Positions 38,436-47,850 of a stretch of 64,000 bases of DNA are shown here, piece by piece; positions within the stretch are counted from its first letter, which is position 1; each line of letters opens with the position of its first letter. The position numbers were made by a program, and so were the translations under genes. A model generated the notes under the pieces. The model was not told the origin of the DNA. It worked only from the letters and a program-made list of their open reading frames with translations, and did no database searches. Origin of the DNA: a virus (Duplodnaviria; Caudoviricetes); the IMG/VR virus record IMGVR_UViG_3300015050_000842, positions 9,894 through 73,893 of that record, one strand, 5' to 3'.

Positions 38436-40455
38436 AACTATAATTTGGAGTTATCGCTGATTGTGATATTGGTTTAACTTTATTGTGAAACTCTAATATC
38501 GGGTTCAATCCTTTTTCTGTAAATATCCTTGTCGTACAATACTCGAAACCGCAGCTACCTTGTATCATCTTTAAACTTATTGGATTAGCATATGGAGTTA
38601 CTCTACCACCTGTTTCGGTTTCTTTAACTTTTCTTACGTGGATTTCAGTAAACATCCATTCAGTAGGGTGTTGCGTAATTCGGTGTACTGTTATGAATTG
38701 GTCTGCTTTGTTTGCAAACATTACACCCATTTCGGTATCTTCTTTTTGCGGTGCTTTTGTATATCCGCTATTGTCTTTATTTCGTGCAGCAGGAGTTCCT
38801 ACGTGGCAGTTTAAATATACGGAAAGGTTATTGTTTTTGCAATAAAGTTGAATGTAACTTGCTGCTTCATAGTGGTAATCGTATGTAGCTTGTTTCGTTC
38901 CATTTGGAATATCTAACTTTAATGAATTGTAAGGGTCAATCATTAATCCTTTGTATTTTTTCTTCTTTAAAGCCTTTGTTGTCATATTTAAAATATCCTT
39001 GTAGTTGAATAGACTTTCAGAGCATTTAATAATGTCAAAATTTTCAGTTACCCACTTTTTCCCTAAGTTATATTTTTCATCAGACATTGACTGTATTGAT
39101 TCAGACCAATAAAATTCAATTAGTTTACGAACCACAGAACCTAACTTGTTTTCAGAACTAAATATTAACCACTTCCAATCATGTAAAACATTTGATAGTG
39201 TAGCTAAATACCAAATAATACTCGACTTACCTACATTATCCAATCCGTTTATAATCACTAAATCTCCCTCTTTGAATAGATAATACTTGTCAAGGTCAGG
39301 TATTCCTGTGCTTTTACCTCTTTCAAATGTACCTGTTCTCCATTTTTGCAGGTATTCTTCGTAATCATTTTGAGTGGCAAGAAATGAGTAGTCATCATCT
39401 GTGGTATCAATTACGCTTGGTATTTCGTTGTTATGGCTCGTTATCTTTTCTAACCTATCTCCATAACCTAATTCGTAAAGTTTTTTTGGCAACTCTTTAA
39501 AATCTCCATTACATTCCAATACTGCAAAAACTGCGTATGGCTGATATGCTTTTTGAGATTCAAATTCTGTTGATGTACTAAAAACGCTAAACCAATTCTT
39601 TTCTTCATCAAAATTTCCACTATGGTCGGCTTTGGTATCTCCGGGTCTTTGCATTAAAATCTTTCTGCCTTTTCTTCCGACTTCTTTCCATCCATGTTCA
39701 ACTAATAAGCCAACTACATCGCCACGATTATTGTAATCTTCAAGCGGTGTTAAACCCTTTATTTGTTTCTTTTCTACTCGCTGACTCGGAACGTACTCTT
39801 TAATTACTTCGTTGAACGAATAAGCAACATTAAACATTATAGTTCTTTGTTCAGGGGTTATGGTTTTAATATTGCTTAAATCTCCATAAACCAATTCATA
39901 GCCATTTGTTGGGTAACAAGCAATATATCCTTTCTCTCCCCTTGTTTCAATCAACACCCTAACCTTATCCTCTTTTGCTTCCCTCTCTGCTATTTTTTTA
40001 GCGTGGCTAACTCTTTTATCGTCAGTATCTAATTCAGTTGATTGTAGGGCTTCTAATAAGGCTCTATCGTAAGATTTAGTGTAGGTTGCTTGTTTCTCTG
40101 ACAAGATAGTTTCTCTTGAAGCAAGTTTTTGATTACCTGCTATGGTTTCGCATCGGTAAATAAAATGATAACCGTTGCTTACTGTTTTTTGAACAACCAT
40201 TTTTGGAAGTATCGTATTGTCAAGTTCATTTATTGCTTTTTTAAACTCGTTAAACAATGTTCCTGTCAAATCATACTTCAAGTCAATATCAATCGCTTCA
40301 ACATTTCCTGAAATAGAACCGCAGACTAATCCGATAGCTTTGGCATTATTGTAATCGTAATCCTTTTTAGTTTGTTCCCATTTTTGATGTATCGGTCTTT
40401 TATTTTCCAATACAGGCATGAATTGTAAACTCTTATCCTTTGATATAGGCTGCAT
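38386..40455 (-). CDS. Bifunctional Prim-Pol primase / SF4 (DnaB/Twinkle-like) helicase
   Basis: IGLVCG...AIDIDLK, KTVSNGYHFIY and IETRGEKGY (Prim-Pol); STGIPDLD, INGLDNVGKS (Walker A) and LMIDPYN (Walker B). Confidence 0.85.
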   Translation of the reverse strand: MQPISKDKSLQFMPVLENKRPIHQKWEQTKKDYDYNNAKAIGLVCGSISGNVEAIDIDLKYDLTGTLFNEFKKAINELDNTILPKMVVQKTVSNGYHFIYRCETIAGNQKLASRETILSEKQATYTKSYDRALLEALQSTELDTDDKRVSHAKKIAEREAKEDKVRVLIETRGEKGYIACYPTNGYELVYGDLSNIKTITPEQRTIMFNVAYSFNEVIKEYVPSQRVEKKQIKGLTPLEDYNNRGDVVGLLVEHGWKEVGRKGRKILMQRPGDTKADHSGNFDEEKNWFSVFSTSTEFESQKAYQPYAVFAVLECNGDFKELPKKLYELGYGDRLEKITSHNNEIPSVIDTTDDDYSFLATQNDYEEYLQKWRTGTFERGKSTGIPDLDKYYLFKEGDLVIINGLDNVGKSSIIWYLATLSNVLHDWKWLIFSSENKLGSVVRKLIEFYWSESIQSMSDEKYNLGKKWVTENFDIIKCSESLFNYKDILNMTTKALKKKKYKGLMIDPYNSLKLDIPNGTKQATYDYHYEAASYIQLYCKNNNLSVYLNCHVGTPAARNKDNSGYTKAPQKEDTEMGVMFANKADQFITVHRITQHPTEWMFTEIHVRKVKETETGGRVTPYANPISLKMIQGSCGFEYCTTRIFTEKGLNPILEFHNKVKPISQSAITPNYSFDQSIKEQEDDNFEPF

Positions 40456-41161
40456 ATTCTTCGTCTGTCATTGGTTTAACTCGTTCGGTTAGTAAATTTT
40501 TCTTTGGTACTTCGTTTAGGTATTTTTCAAACTTGTTACCAAACAATGTTTCAGGGTTTAGGTAAATACACATCTTTGGGTCATCAGTCCATTGTTGGAC
40601 TTTGGTATCAATCACAGACTTAAAATCTGAAATCTGAAATCCATCTTTCAATCTTGCAGAAATATTCTTTTTTGATATAACAGATTTTTCAGAAAAGTTT
40701 TTTGAAGTTTTTTCGTTTAAATATTTAACTACTAATAGTATATTATTATCATTATCATATTCAGGGATTTGCTTCACTTTTGCTTTCTTTTTGCTTTCTT
40801 TTTGCTTTTCATTTGCTTTATTACCACGACCACCCTCTTTACCACAGTTAGACCTAATTTCAGATAAATTGCTCTCACGTACCATTCTACGGCTAATTAT
40901 ACGGATTTTATCATCTTCAATAAACTCAAAATTGAGTATATTATTCTCATATAACTCGTTAAATATCTCCTTAGTTTTAGCTAAATCTGACTTAAAAAGT
41001 ATTGAAAGTGTGTTAAAATTTGTCACAATTACGCCCTTTTTTTCTGACTTAAATAGCTTAAAAGTCAATTTTAATAAAGCAAATTCTGCGAGTGGAGAAA
41101 TGCAGTTTGTGTCCTGTTCCCAATCTCCAATATATAGTGGTATGTAAGGTACTTTTGCCAT
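40433..41161 (-). CDS. Phage replication initiator-like protein (DUF1376-like N-terminus, Phg_2220_C-like C-terminus)
   Basis: PYIPLYIGDW N-terminus; VVKYLNEKTSKNF...ISARLKDGF...W..DPKM..YLNPETLFGNKFEKYLN. Confidence 0.75.
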   Translation of the reverse strand: MAKVPYIPLYIGDWEQDTNCISPLAEFALLKLTFKLFKSEKKGVIVTNFNTLSILFKSDLAKTKEIFNELYENNILNFEFIEDDKIRIISRRMVRESNLSEIRSNCGKEGGRGNKANEKQKESKKKAKVKQIPEYDNDNNILLVVKYLNEKTSKNFSEKSVISKKNISARLKDGFQISDFKSVIDTKVQQWTDDPKMCIYLNPETLFGNKFEKYLNEVPKKNLLTERVKPMTDEEYAAYIKG

Positions 41162-41162
41162 A

Positions 41163-41351
41163 TTAAAATATAAAAATGTTCATACGTCTTTCCCTTATCT
41201 GATTAGCCAATGAATCACATATTTCAGCGCATATTTCTTCATAATCAAAATCTTCTGTTTCAAAATGTTCCATTTGATAGAAGTCATGTAATGCTTTTAA
41301 ATCTGCTATACTTAATTCAGATAGCTTTTCGTGGTTTATTTCTATGCTCAT
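41163..41351 (-). CDS. Small acidic hypothetical protein
   Basis: Likely ATG 41351 within ORF-track entry 41163..41411. Confidence 0.5.
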   Translation of the reverse strand: MSIEINHEKLSELSIADLKALHDFYQMEHFETEDFDYEEICAEICDSLANQIRERRMNIFIF

Positions 41352-41391
41352 AATTTCTCTATTTACGAATTGTATAAAGCCGACAAAAGAC

Positions 41392-41571
41392 TTAATCCTT
41401 TGGTCTATCAAATCTGTTTAATAATGTTACACCGAATTTCTCGTAGGTTGGTAATCTCTTTTCGTTAATCCAATTATATATCGTTCTCTTTGTTTTATCA
41501 ACAAGAACTGCATATTCATCTATGGTAACGAGATTTTGAATTGGTGGTAATTTTTCTTTCGTTGTTTCCAT
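41392..41571 (-). CDS. Small excisionase/AlpA-like HTH protein (59 aa)
   Basis: Manual translation METTKEKLPPIQNLVTIDEYAVLVDKTKRTIYNWINEKRLPTYEKFG...; below the ORF-track size cutoff; has its own promoter. Confidence 0.7.
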   Translation of the reverse strand: METTKEKLPPIQNLVTIDEYAVLVDKTKRTIYNWINEKRLPTYEKFGVTLLNRFDRPKD

Positions 41572-41575
41572 ATAT

Positions 41576-41583
41576 CAAATATA
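41576..41583 (-). promoter_or_regulatory. -7 promoter box (TATATTTG)
   Basis: 4 nt upstream of ATG 41571. Confidence 0.65.
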
Positions 41584-41620
41584 TATACTATTTCACAAAT
41601 AATGAAATTTATTTTCAAAT

Positions 41621-41706
41621 AAAAAAGCCCCATGTCTTTCGACACAGGGCTAAACGAAATGAAAAACGAAAGACTAACACAAAGAGCCTGATGAAAAGCG
41701 ATTGCT
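41621..41706 (-). ncRNA. Candidate small RNA (~85 nt) between a promoter and a terminator
   Basis: TACCTTTG at 41717-41710, then an AGAGC/GCTCT hairpin, a U-rich single-stranded stretch and the terminator AGCCCTGTGTC-GAAA-GACATGGGGCT-TTTTT; no ORF on this strand. Confidence 0.55.
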
Positions 41707-41709
41707 CTA

Positions 41710-41717
41710 CAAAGGTA
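41710..41717 (-). promoter_or_regulatory. -7 promoter box (TACCTTTG) for the candidate sRNA
   Basis: TAnnTTTG just downstream of the exoribonuclease gene stop. Confidence 0.55.
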
Positions 41718-41734
41718 TTACTTATTTTTAGATT

Positions 41735-42415
41735 TCAAAATGATTGTAAGAAATTATAAAGTTCTTTATTCCATTTAGCATCATCTAAAGCGTTGTGTTC
41801 ATTTTCTTGTTTTGGAAATCCCTGCAATTCTTTAATTGCATCGAGTCTTTCTTTAAAAAAAGAACCTTCTGAAACAATCGAGTCGGTTAATTTTCGATTT
41901 TTAATAGGTAGGTTATATGCTTTTTCGTCTAACGCCTGCTTTAAGTCACGACAATACATCGGAAAACCTTTTGGTAAGTCAATCATCCTTCCGAATAAAG
42001 AACAGAACACTACCCAATCATAATCAGCGTAATAAGCGTAAAATTCAATATCGTTGTATTTATAAGTTATATCGTAATATTTAGCTTTTTCTATTGTTAT
42101 ATTATCTTGCGTACAAAACTCAAAAACTTCTTGTGCAATCTGTTTATTTGTCTTTCCGAATATTTTATGGAATTGTTCGGCAGTAAAGCGATTTCTATTA
42201 TCTCCGTGAACTAAATCGCAATAAATTTTATGAATAACATTATCCTTTACCCAATTATCTGCCTTTTTGTAATCATACTCACTACTTACTGCGTAATACT
42301 CTCTACCATCCTCTGCAACGATACCAATGCTGATTATGTCGATAAAGTGTCTACGTTTGCCGAATAAAGGTTTATGAAACCCCTCAATAAATTCTGTGTC
42401 GATAAAATATTTCAT
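41735..42415 (-). CDS. 3'-5' exoribonuclease, DUF5051/Rv2179c-like (DEDDh)
   Basis: YFIDTEF, ISIGIVAEDGREYYA, DYDWVVF and HNALDDAKW motifs. Confidence 0.85.
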   Translation of the reverse strand: MKYFIDTEFIEGFHKPLFGKRRHFIDIISIGIVAEDGREYYAVSSEYDYKKADNWVKDNVIHKIYCDLVHGDNRNRFTAEQFHKIFGKTNKQIAQEVFEFCTQDNITIEKAKYYDITYKYNDIEFYAYYADYDWVVFCSLFGRMIDLPKGFPMYCRDLKQALDEKAYNLPIKNRKLTDSIVSEGSFFKERLDAIKELQGFPKQENEHNALDDAKWNKELYNFLQSF

Positions 42416-42425
42416 GTGGTTGTGG

Positions 42426-42875
42426 TTAAAAATTTAAAGTTGATTGTTCGTTAGGTAAAATTAAAACTGACCCTAAATATTCTGCCATCCAACGTGCTAT
42501 ATCGTCTATGTAATCCATAAATTCCGTTGTGGTCAATGTTGCCGTACTACCTGTAATGTTTATCACATCGCCTGTAATCTCGCTTACCAAGTCTTTTTTA
42601 AGGAACTTAGCTTTAAGCATTTCGTGTACTATCTCGGCATTTAATTCAGAACGTGGATAGCCATTCTCTACCAAAGCATCTATTACCTGCAATATCAACG
42701 AGCCAAAATAATATTTGTTCTGTTGTAAAGACCTCTGTTTCTTCCACTTCTCCACAGTAACCTTAACTGATTTACCTGCGAATTGTTTTAGGAAGTCATC
42801 GAAGTACGTCTTTTGGTGTATCTTCTCTACTTTACCTTGTTCAGATATGTCGAATTTAAAACTTAGCTTCTGCAT
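42426..42875 (-). CDS. NinB/DUF1367-like recombination-associated protein
   Basis: RSLQQNKYYFG, VHEMLK..F and STATLTTTEFMDYID motifs. Confidence 0.7.
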   Translation of the reverse strand: MQKLSFKFDISEQGKVEKIHQKTYFDDFLKQFAGKSVKVTVEKWKKQRSLQQNKYYFGSLILQVIDALVENGYPRSELNAEIVHEMLKAKFLKKDLVSEITGDVINITGSTATLTTTEFMDYIDDIARWMAEYLGSVLILPNEQSTLNF

Positions 42876-43105
42876 TATCTTCTTTTACCTATGAATGAGT
42901 AAACAGCGGGTGATTTTTTAGATTCTCTTAAAATAGTTCTCTCGCTTTTTGGTTTTTCCTTACGATATTTATTCTTTGCGGCTTTATTATATGGTCTTGC
43001 GTAGTCTGCGTGGGCTTTTTTACATAAATCGCATCGACAGCCATAATTATATCCCGAGTTTGTTCCGTGTACTGTATTTCTTCCTTGTGGTCGCCCTTTT
43101 TTCAT
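42875..43105 (-). CDS. Small basic Cys-containing protein
   Basis: HGTNSGYNYGCRCDLCKKAH motif, common in phage proteins. Confidence 0.65.
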   Translation of the reverse strand: MKKGRPQGRNTVHGTNSGYNYGCRCDLCKKAHADYARPYNKAAKNKYRKEKPKSERTILRESKKSPAVYSFIGKRR

Positions 43106-43266
43106 TTCTTTGTCAGTTTATATCTCCAATAATCTAATTCTATTACTTTGTTTCGTTTCTGCCAACCATCTTCTACTGCCCAATAACCGCATGAACAAGT
43201 GTATAGCTTACCGTATTGTGTAAGACCTTGACCTAAGCACCTGTGGCAGAATAATTCTATGCTCAT
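43102..43266 (-). CDS. Small zinc-ribbon protein (54 aa)
   Basis: Manual translation MSIELFCHRCLGQG...TCSCGYW; ATGA overlaps at both ends. Confidence 0.55.
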   Translation of the reverse strand: MSIELFCHRCLGQGLTQYGKLYTCSCGYWAVEDGWQKRNKVIELDYWRYKLTKK

Positions 43267-43673
43267 AATCCTAATCGTTTTTTGAGTCGGTTTATTTTAA
43301 AGTTTTCTTCCTCTAAGCAACTACCGAATAGCATTTCCATTTGTTTTATTGTTATCTTTACATCAGCGATTTCAGATTTAACTGCTTTGAAAAAATCATC
43401 TTCGGTTACGGTCTTTGACATAAGAATTTCGGTATAATTTCTATATCTACATTTCAGTAATGCTTGCGTAAGTTCAGCCATTTCTTCGATACATTTATCA
43501 ATCTGTCTGTCAGCACCGTATTTGTCGATTGCTTTTTGGAGTATTTGGTCGTTTGTCATGTTATTAATTTGTGGCATTTGTCCTACTTCGTCTAAGTATA
43601 ATTGATTCTTTTTAAACCTTGACCCATCGTATGATTCTTTTGTAGGTGGCTTGAAGTATAGTTTATCTTTCAT
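43263..43673 (-). CDS. MazG-like NTP pyrophosphohydrolase
   Basis: KCIEEMAELTQAL...SEIADVKITIKQM motif. Confidence 0.8.
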   Translation of the reverse strand: MKDKLYFKPPTKESYDGSRFKKNQLYLDEVGQMPQINNMTNDQILQKAIDKYGADRQIDKCIEEMAELTQALLKCRYRNYTEILMSKTVTEDDFFKAVKSEIADVKITIKQMEMLFGSCLEEENFKINRLKKRLGL

Positions 43674-44017
43674 TTGAAAAGTCTTATTAAATCTTTAATG
43701 TCCTCTATTGTGGTGGCTGTACTCATAATACCATTTAGGTAAACCACTTTCATGTTTAATGATACATGAATATCGTTTGTAGTTAAGTAAAGTTCATAGT
43801 ATTCTTTTCCTTTTTCAAACCCCATCTCAATCAGGGCTTCGGGGGTGATTTTATTGCTCATGGCTATATTTTGTTCTTTTTCACAATCTTGAATATTATT
43901 ACCTGATACATTACATTCAGAACCTACCGTACAACATTCATCGTCACAATGTAATTTTGTTGCAGGGCAAATCATGTCTTCAACTACTGTAATCTTTTTA
44001 TTTGGTGTAGCTTTCAT
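43670..44017 (-). CDS. Hypothetical protein (Cys-rich N-terminus)
   Basis: ORF track, 115 aa. Confidence 0.55.
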   Translation of the reverse strand: MKATPNKKITVVEDMICPATKLHCDDECCTVGSECNVSGNNIQDCEKEQNIAMSNKITPEALIEMGFEKGKEYYELYLTTNDIHVSLNMKVVYLNGIMSTATTIEDIKDLIRLFK

Positions 44018-44310
44018 ACAATCGTTTTAAACCACGTTAATATTCTGTTAGTATAATTAGTCAAATCGGATAAGATATGCTCTCTTAGGCTCTTATTTGG
44101 CTTAATAACGTACAATTCCATGTGTACTCGGTTTACGTAGTCAACATAGGAATCAACTTTAGCCCATTGTCCGTTCTGAAACGCTGTGATTACGTTTTGT
44201 CTGTGGTCAAAATAAGGTAAATCAGGGAGTGAGTCTGCAAGGAAAAGTAAATCTTGAACATAGATTGGCTTAATTCCGTGTTTTGAGGGTGCTTTGGTTG
44301 TGAATTTCAT
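44014..44310 (-). CDS. Hypothetical protein
   Basis: ORF track, 98 aa. Confidence 0.55.
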   Translation of the reverse strand: MKFTTKAPSKHGIKPIYVQDLLFLADSLPDLPYFDHRQNVITAFQNGQWAKVDSYVDYVNRVHMELYVIKPNKSLREHILSDLTNYTNRILTWFKTIV

Positions 44311-44398
44311 TTCGCTTAGTATTAAATTTATTTTTTAAATATTCTATATCCAACATACACTCCTAAAAAGTATGCAAATAATGTTATTAGTAAACCTT

Positions 44399-44605
44399 TC
44401 ATGCGTAGTGTTTAGTAATATTGTTAAATGCTTCTGTTATTTCTTTATCTCCGATGTAAGCGAGTAATAACTCGTCTGCGGTAATATGTGCCAACTCGTA
44501 GTCTTTAGAGTCTTGTAGGGCTTGTAATGAGTCTAAGAGTTCTTGTTTCTTGTCAAGCCTCTCTTTTAGTTCGTTTGAATACTCGAATTTTGTTCTATCT
44601 GCCAT
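44399..44605 (-). CDS. Hypothetical protein
   Basis: ORF track, 68 aa; AHITADELLL motif. Confidence 0.6.
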   Translation of the reverse strand: MADRTKFEYSNELKERLDKKQELLDSLQALQDSKDYELAHITADELLLAYIGDKEITEAFNNITKHYA

Positions 44606-44778
44606 AGTATTGATTATTTAATAAATTCAGTTACCAAAGCACTTATTTGAATACCTAATAGTATTCCTACGATAAAGTAATACCAATTAAATCTGTTCTT
44701 ACCTTCACGTATTCCTAAATCAAAATAGTGCCTGTCGTTTTGTTCTTGTTTCGTTAGTTCTTCCATTTTATTAACTAT

Positions 44779-45039
44779 TTATAGGTTTTCTATCATAAAT
44801 TCTAAAGACTCAACGTATTTTTCATCTTCTGTCTTTACAACTGCTTTTGCAACTAAGATTATAGTTTCATCAGCATTTATTGGGGATGTTTGAAAAGTTT
44901 GCCAACTAAGTATGTGATGTTCATTTCTCCATTCATACAGTTGCTCATTGATACAAGACTGAATATTCAACGGAGCGTGTAGGCTTGTTAACTCCCAAGA
45001 AGCAAAAGTAAATACGTGCTTTAATTTAATAGTGTTCAT
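44779..45039 (-). CDS. Hypothetical protein
   Basis: ORF track, 86 aa. Confidence 0.55.
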   Translation of the reverse strand: MNTIKLKHVFTFASWELTSLHAPLNIQSCINEQLYEWRNEHHILSWQTFQTSPINADETIILVAKAVVKTEDEKYVESLEFMIENL

Positions 45040-45047
45040 TATATTAA

Positions 45048-45233
45048 TTATTTAACCCTTCGTTTTGTTACTATTGTTGCTTCACTTTCACACTCAAAGT
45101 GATTAGTAAAATACTCTTTAATAGCTTCATATACTGTTTCACCATCCATTGTGTACCTTACAAACTCTGTGTCTTTAAATGAAATAAAGTTTATTTCAAC
45201 CTCATCTGTCATCTTAATCGTTAATTTCCTCAT
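45048..45233 (-). CDS. Hypothetical protein
   Basis: ORF track, 61 aa. Confidence 0.5.
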   Translation of the reverse strand: MRKLTIKMTDEVEINFISFKDTEFVRYTMDGETVYEAIKEYFTNHFECESEATIVTKRRVK

Positions 45234-45730
45234 AGACCCAATTTCTTATTTGTGATTATCTTAAAATTATCTACTCCATTGTTATCAAATATCAGTTTAG
45301 CCACAATCCTTTCAATTCGTTTCTTTTTCTCCCCATTAAAGAAATACTTCGGATGAACCAAGAACGCTGACCTGCTAGACTGCTTTATAATTAAACCTGA
45401 CGAACTTAACTCCCCCCACGCTTGTTTAATTGTTTGGTCGGCATACTTAACCTTATCATTCGTAATAAGTGCTATAAACTCATTGAAAGCAATCCTGCTA
45501 TCCTCTGTGTGGTAAACAATATTCTTATCATTCATTTCCTCACCTAACCAGTCCATTAAATTCCTTGCACAAGGACTTAGTCCTGCCAATAAATACAATG
45601 AGTTGTGAAAACGCTTCGTATGACTTAACTCAATCTTTTCCTCATTAATAACCTGAATCTTAATACCCTCATTCTCATCAAACTTCCACCCTGATATATA
45701 ACTCAATATTCCTGTATCTTTCTTGCCCAT
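45230..45730 (-). CDS. RepL-like winged-HTH DNA-binding protein
   Basis: TIKQAWGELSSSGLIIK...FLVHPKYFFNG...R pattern of the RepL family; first gene of the leftward arm. Confidence 0.6.
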   Translation of the reverse strand: MGKKDTGILSYISGWKFDENEGIKIQVINEEKIELSHTKRFHNSLYLLAGLSPCARNLMDWLGEEMNDKNIVYHTEDSRIAFNEFIALITNDKVKYADQTIKQAWGELSSSGLIIKQSSRSAFLVHPKYFFNGEKKKRIERIVAKLIFDNNGVDNFKIITNKKLGL

Positions 45731-45767
45731 AGTTTATAAAAATCGTATACCAATAGTATCTACACAA

Positions 45768-45799
45768 CAAACTTACAGTATTAATTTAAAACTACCAAA
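45768..45799 (-). promoter_or_regulatory. Bacteroidota promoter TTTG-N20-TAAGTTTG for the leftward arm
   Basis: -33 TTTG (45799-96) and -7 TAAGTTTG (45775-68) with canonical spacing. Confidence 0.7.
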
Positions 45800-45826
45800 A
45801 GTATTTTTAAAAAGATACTAACACTT

Positions 45827-45871
45827 CCACAGTATACCTACACGATACTGACCAGTATACCCACAGTATAC
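45827..45871 (+). repeat. Three CAGTATAC direct repeats (operator/iteron-like)
   Basis: CAGTATAC at 45830, 45853 and 45864; two extend to CCACAGTATAC; a further GTATAC at 45746. Confidence 0.6.
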
Positions 45872-46744
45872 TAACTTTCACTTAACTTCTTGATAATCAA
45901 TGAAAAGTCTAAAATAATCGCTAAGACACTTGAGTGAACTAATCCTTACTGTTACATACTTTACAAGGTTACTTAATTACAATCAAAAAATTTCGCCAAA
46001 AAATTAAGGCATCAAACTATTCAAGTAATCATTACTACAATAATACAATTCGCTATATACCAATCGGGGTGGCTTGGTAAAGTGTTTGTAATTAATAACA
46101 GATACTACGTGTGTTTATAACCGTGATGTTGTTGTTTGATAGTCTATGTTCATAGGGGGTGGACTATCCCCCCTGTCACCACTCTCTCCAATCACAAAAT
46201 AAAGTCGTTTCCTCACATGGGGGTACTATCAAACGTAAAAGTTATCCAGCTATCTCAATCGTTTATCAGTCATCCATTATAAGTAAATCAAATCAGTTAC
46301 CCTGAATGATTGTTATGCTTGTTAAGTGGTAACGGTAACAGGTTAGTGAATGGTATTGTCTTGATTAGGTTATGCAATGGAATTGGATTTGATATGTTGT
46401 GTTTTATGTGTGTATGTAAAGGAGAGAGGGATAAACAACCAACACAACACAAGTCCGCGTATGATATAGCCAAAAAACTATAATTAATCAATACCAAAGT
46501 AATAACTATTAAAAACCCTGTTTAATGGTATTTAAACATAGAAAACGATTATTTTGTTAGTGTTGATATATCATACTATACAATGTATAAAGTGTCTTAA
46601 AACGTCTTAAAATAGGCTTAAATTAAATGTACTGTTTTTGGTTATGTATTATTATTTAGACTTATTATAAATTGCAAATATATTATGTATTAATTAAAAT
46701 ACTACTTACTATTGTATAAGCAATTAAATAAACACTTAAATATT

Positions 46745-46978
46745 ATGAAAACACACACTTATTTTGAAATTCAAGACGGTTCAGGATGTATTGGTAATGG
46801 TAGGGGTATTTACAGTTTTAAAACACTTGAAGAAGCTGTAAGGGTAGCAACAGAATTTAAAAGCAATCCACGTAGTCACAATGAAAAGATGTCTGATGAA
46901 AATGTAAAGTTTTGGAGCAGTAGAACATACACTATTGTAAAAAAGATAATTCAGACGGAAGAAATTCAAACTATATAA
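46745..46978 (+). CDS. Early hypothetical protein
   Basis: ORF track 46712..46978; likely ATG 46745. Confidence 0.55.
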   Translation: MKTHTYFEIQDGSGCIGNGRGIYSFKTLEEAVRVATEFKSNPRSHNEKMSDENVKFWSSRTYTIVKKIIQTEEIQTI

Positions 46979-47054
46979 CCAATCAACAGGGGTTGAAATA
47001 TACCCCTCTTTATATTTATATCAGTAATTAATTAAACACTTAAATATAAACATT

Positions 47055-47240
47055 ATGACTACAATAGAATCAATTCAAAGTAACATTCATTACTATAAAA
47101 CTATGTTAATAAGACTACGTAATATAGTACCGAATGACCCATTGGAGGAGATTAATAAAAATGAGGGTATTGAGTATTATATAAATACATTATCCGAATT
47201 AAAGGAATCATTAAAAAACGCGATTAATCAAACATTATGA
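47055..47240 (+). CDS. Early hypothetical protein
   Basis: ORF track. Confidence 0.55.
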   Translation: MTTIESIQSNIHYYKTMLIRLRNIVPNDPLEEINKNEGIEYYINTLSELKESLKNAINQTL

Positions 47241-47461
47241 AAAATCTATTGGAAAGTAACGGATTTATAAAAGTTAATAATAAAAATGAATGGTTTATCA
47301 ATTTTCAGGGCAGAACATATACCGTAATTAAAAACGGTGGTAAATGGTGGGTAATAATTAATAAAAATGGAATAGAAATAAAAATCAATCAAACAGGATT
47401 TACAAAATTTAAGCATATCCAAAACTTATTAGAATCAATTACACTTAATAAAATTAACTAA
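47237..47461 (+). CDS. Early hypothetical protein
   Basis: ORF track; ATGA overlap with the previous gene. Confidence 0.55.
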   Translation: MKNLLESNGFIKVNNKNEWFINFQGRTYTVIKNGGKWWVIINKNGIEIKINQTGFTKFKHIQNLLESITLNKIN

Positions 47462-47510
47462 ATTTTAAACACTTAATGTCAGGGCAGACAATAACAGCCC
47501 CATAACGATT

Positions 47511-47825
47511 ATGAAAATACAAAACTATAATGCCGAACAATTAACAGGAATACTAATTGACAGGCTTAAAGAGATTGAACAAAGGGAACGGATAGTATTA
47601 AAATTTCCTTTCAGTCATGCTATAAATAGAATAGAGATATATTGCTCCGAAACAGAGCCAAAGGGTAACGGATATTTTGGTACTACATTTAACGGTATTG
47701 TTTCTTTGCAGGTATTTAATGACTATGGAAATAAGCCAGTTGAAAAATCTTCATACTCCTACCAAAATGAGATGCTAAATTTCATACCAAAGTTAGTACA
47801 AAACATTTATTCCAAACTTAACTAA
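47511..47825 (+). CDS. Early hypothetical protein
   Basis: ORF track. Confidence 0.6.
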   Translation: MKIQNYNAEQLTGILIDRLKEIEQRERIVLKFPFSHAINRIEIYCSETEPKGNGYFGTTFNGIVSLQVFNDYGNKPVEKSSYSYQNEMLNFIPKLVQNIYSKLN

Positions 47826-47850
47826 TCAATTCACTTAAACAGATATAACA

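Larger units (their letters stand above)
45731..46744. other. Divergent non-coding control region (candidate origin or genome terminus)
   Basis: About 1 kb without credible genes, where coding strand and T/A skew switch; contains an AGGGGGTGGACTATCCCCCCT hairpin. Confidence 0.5.
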
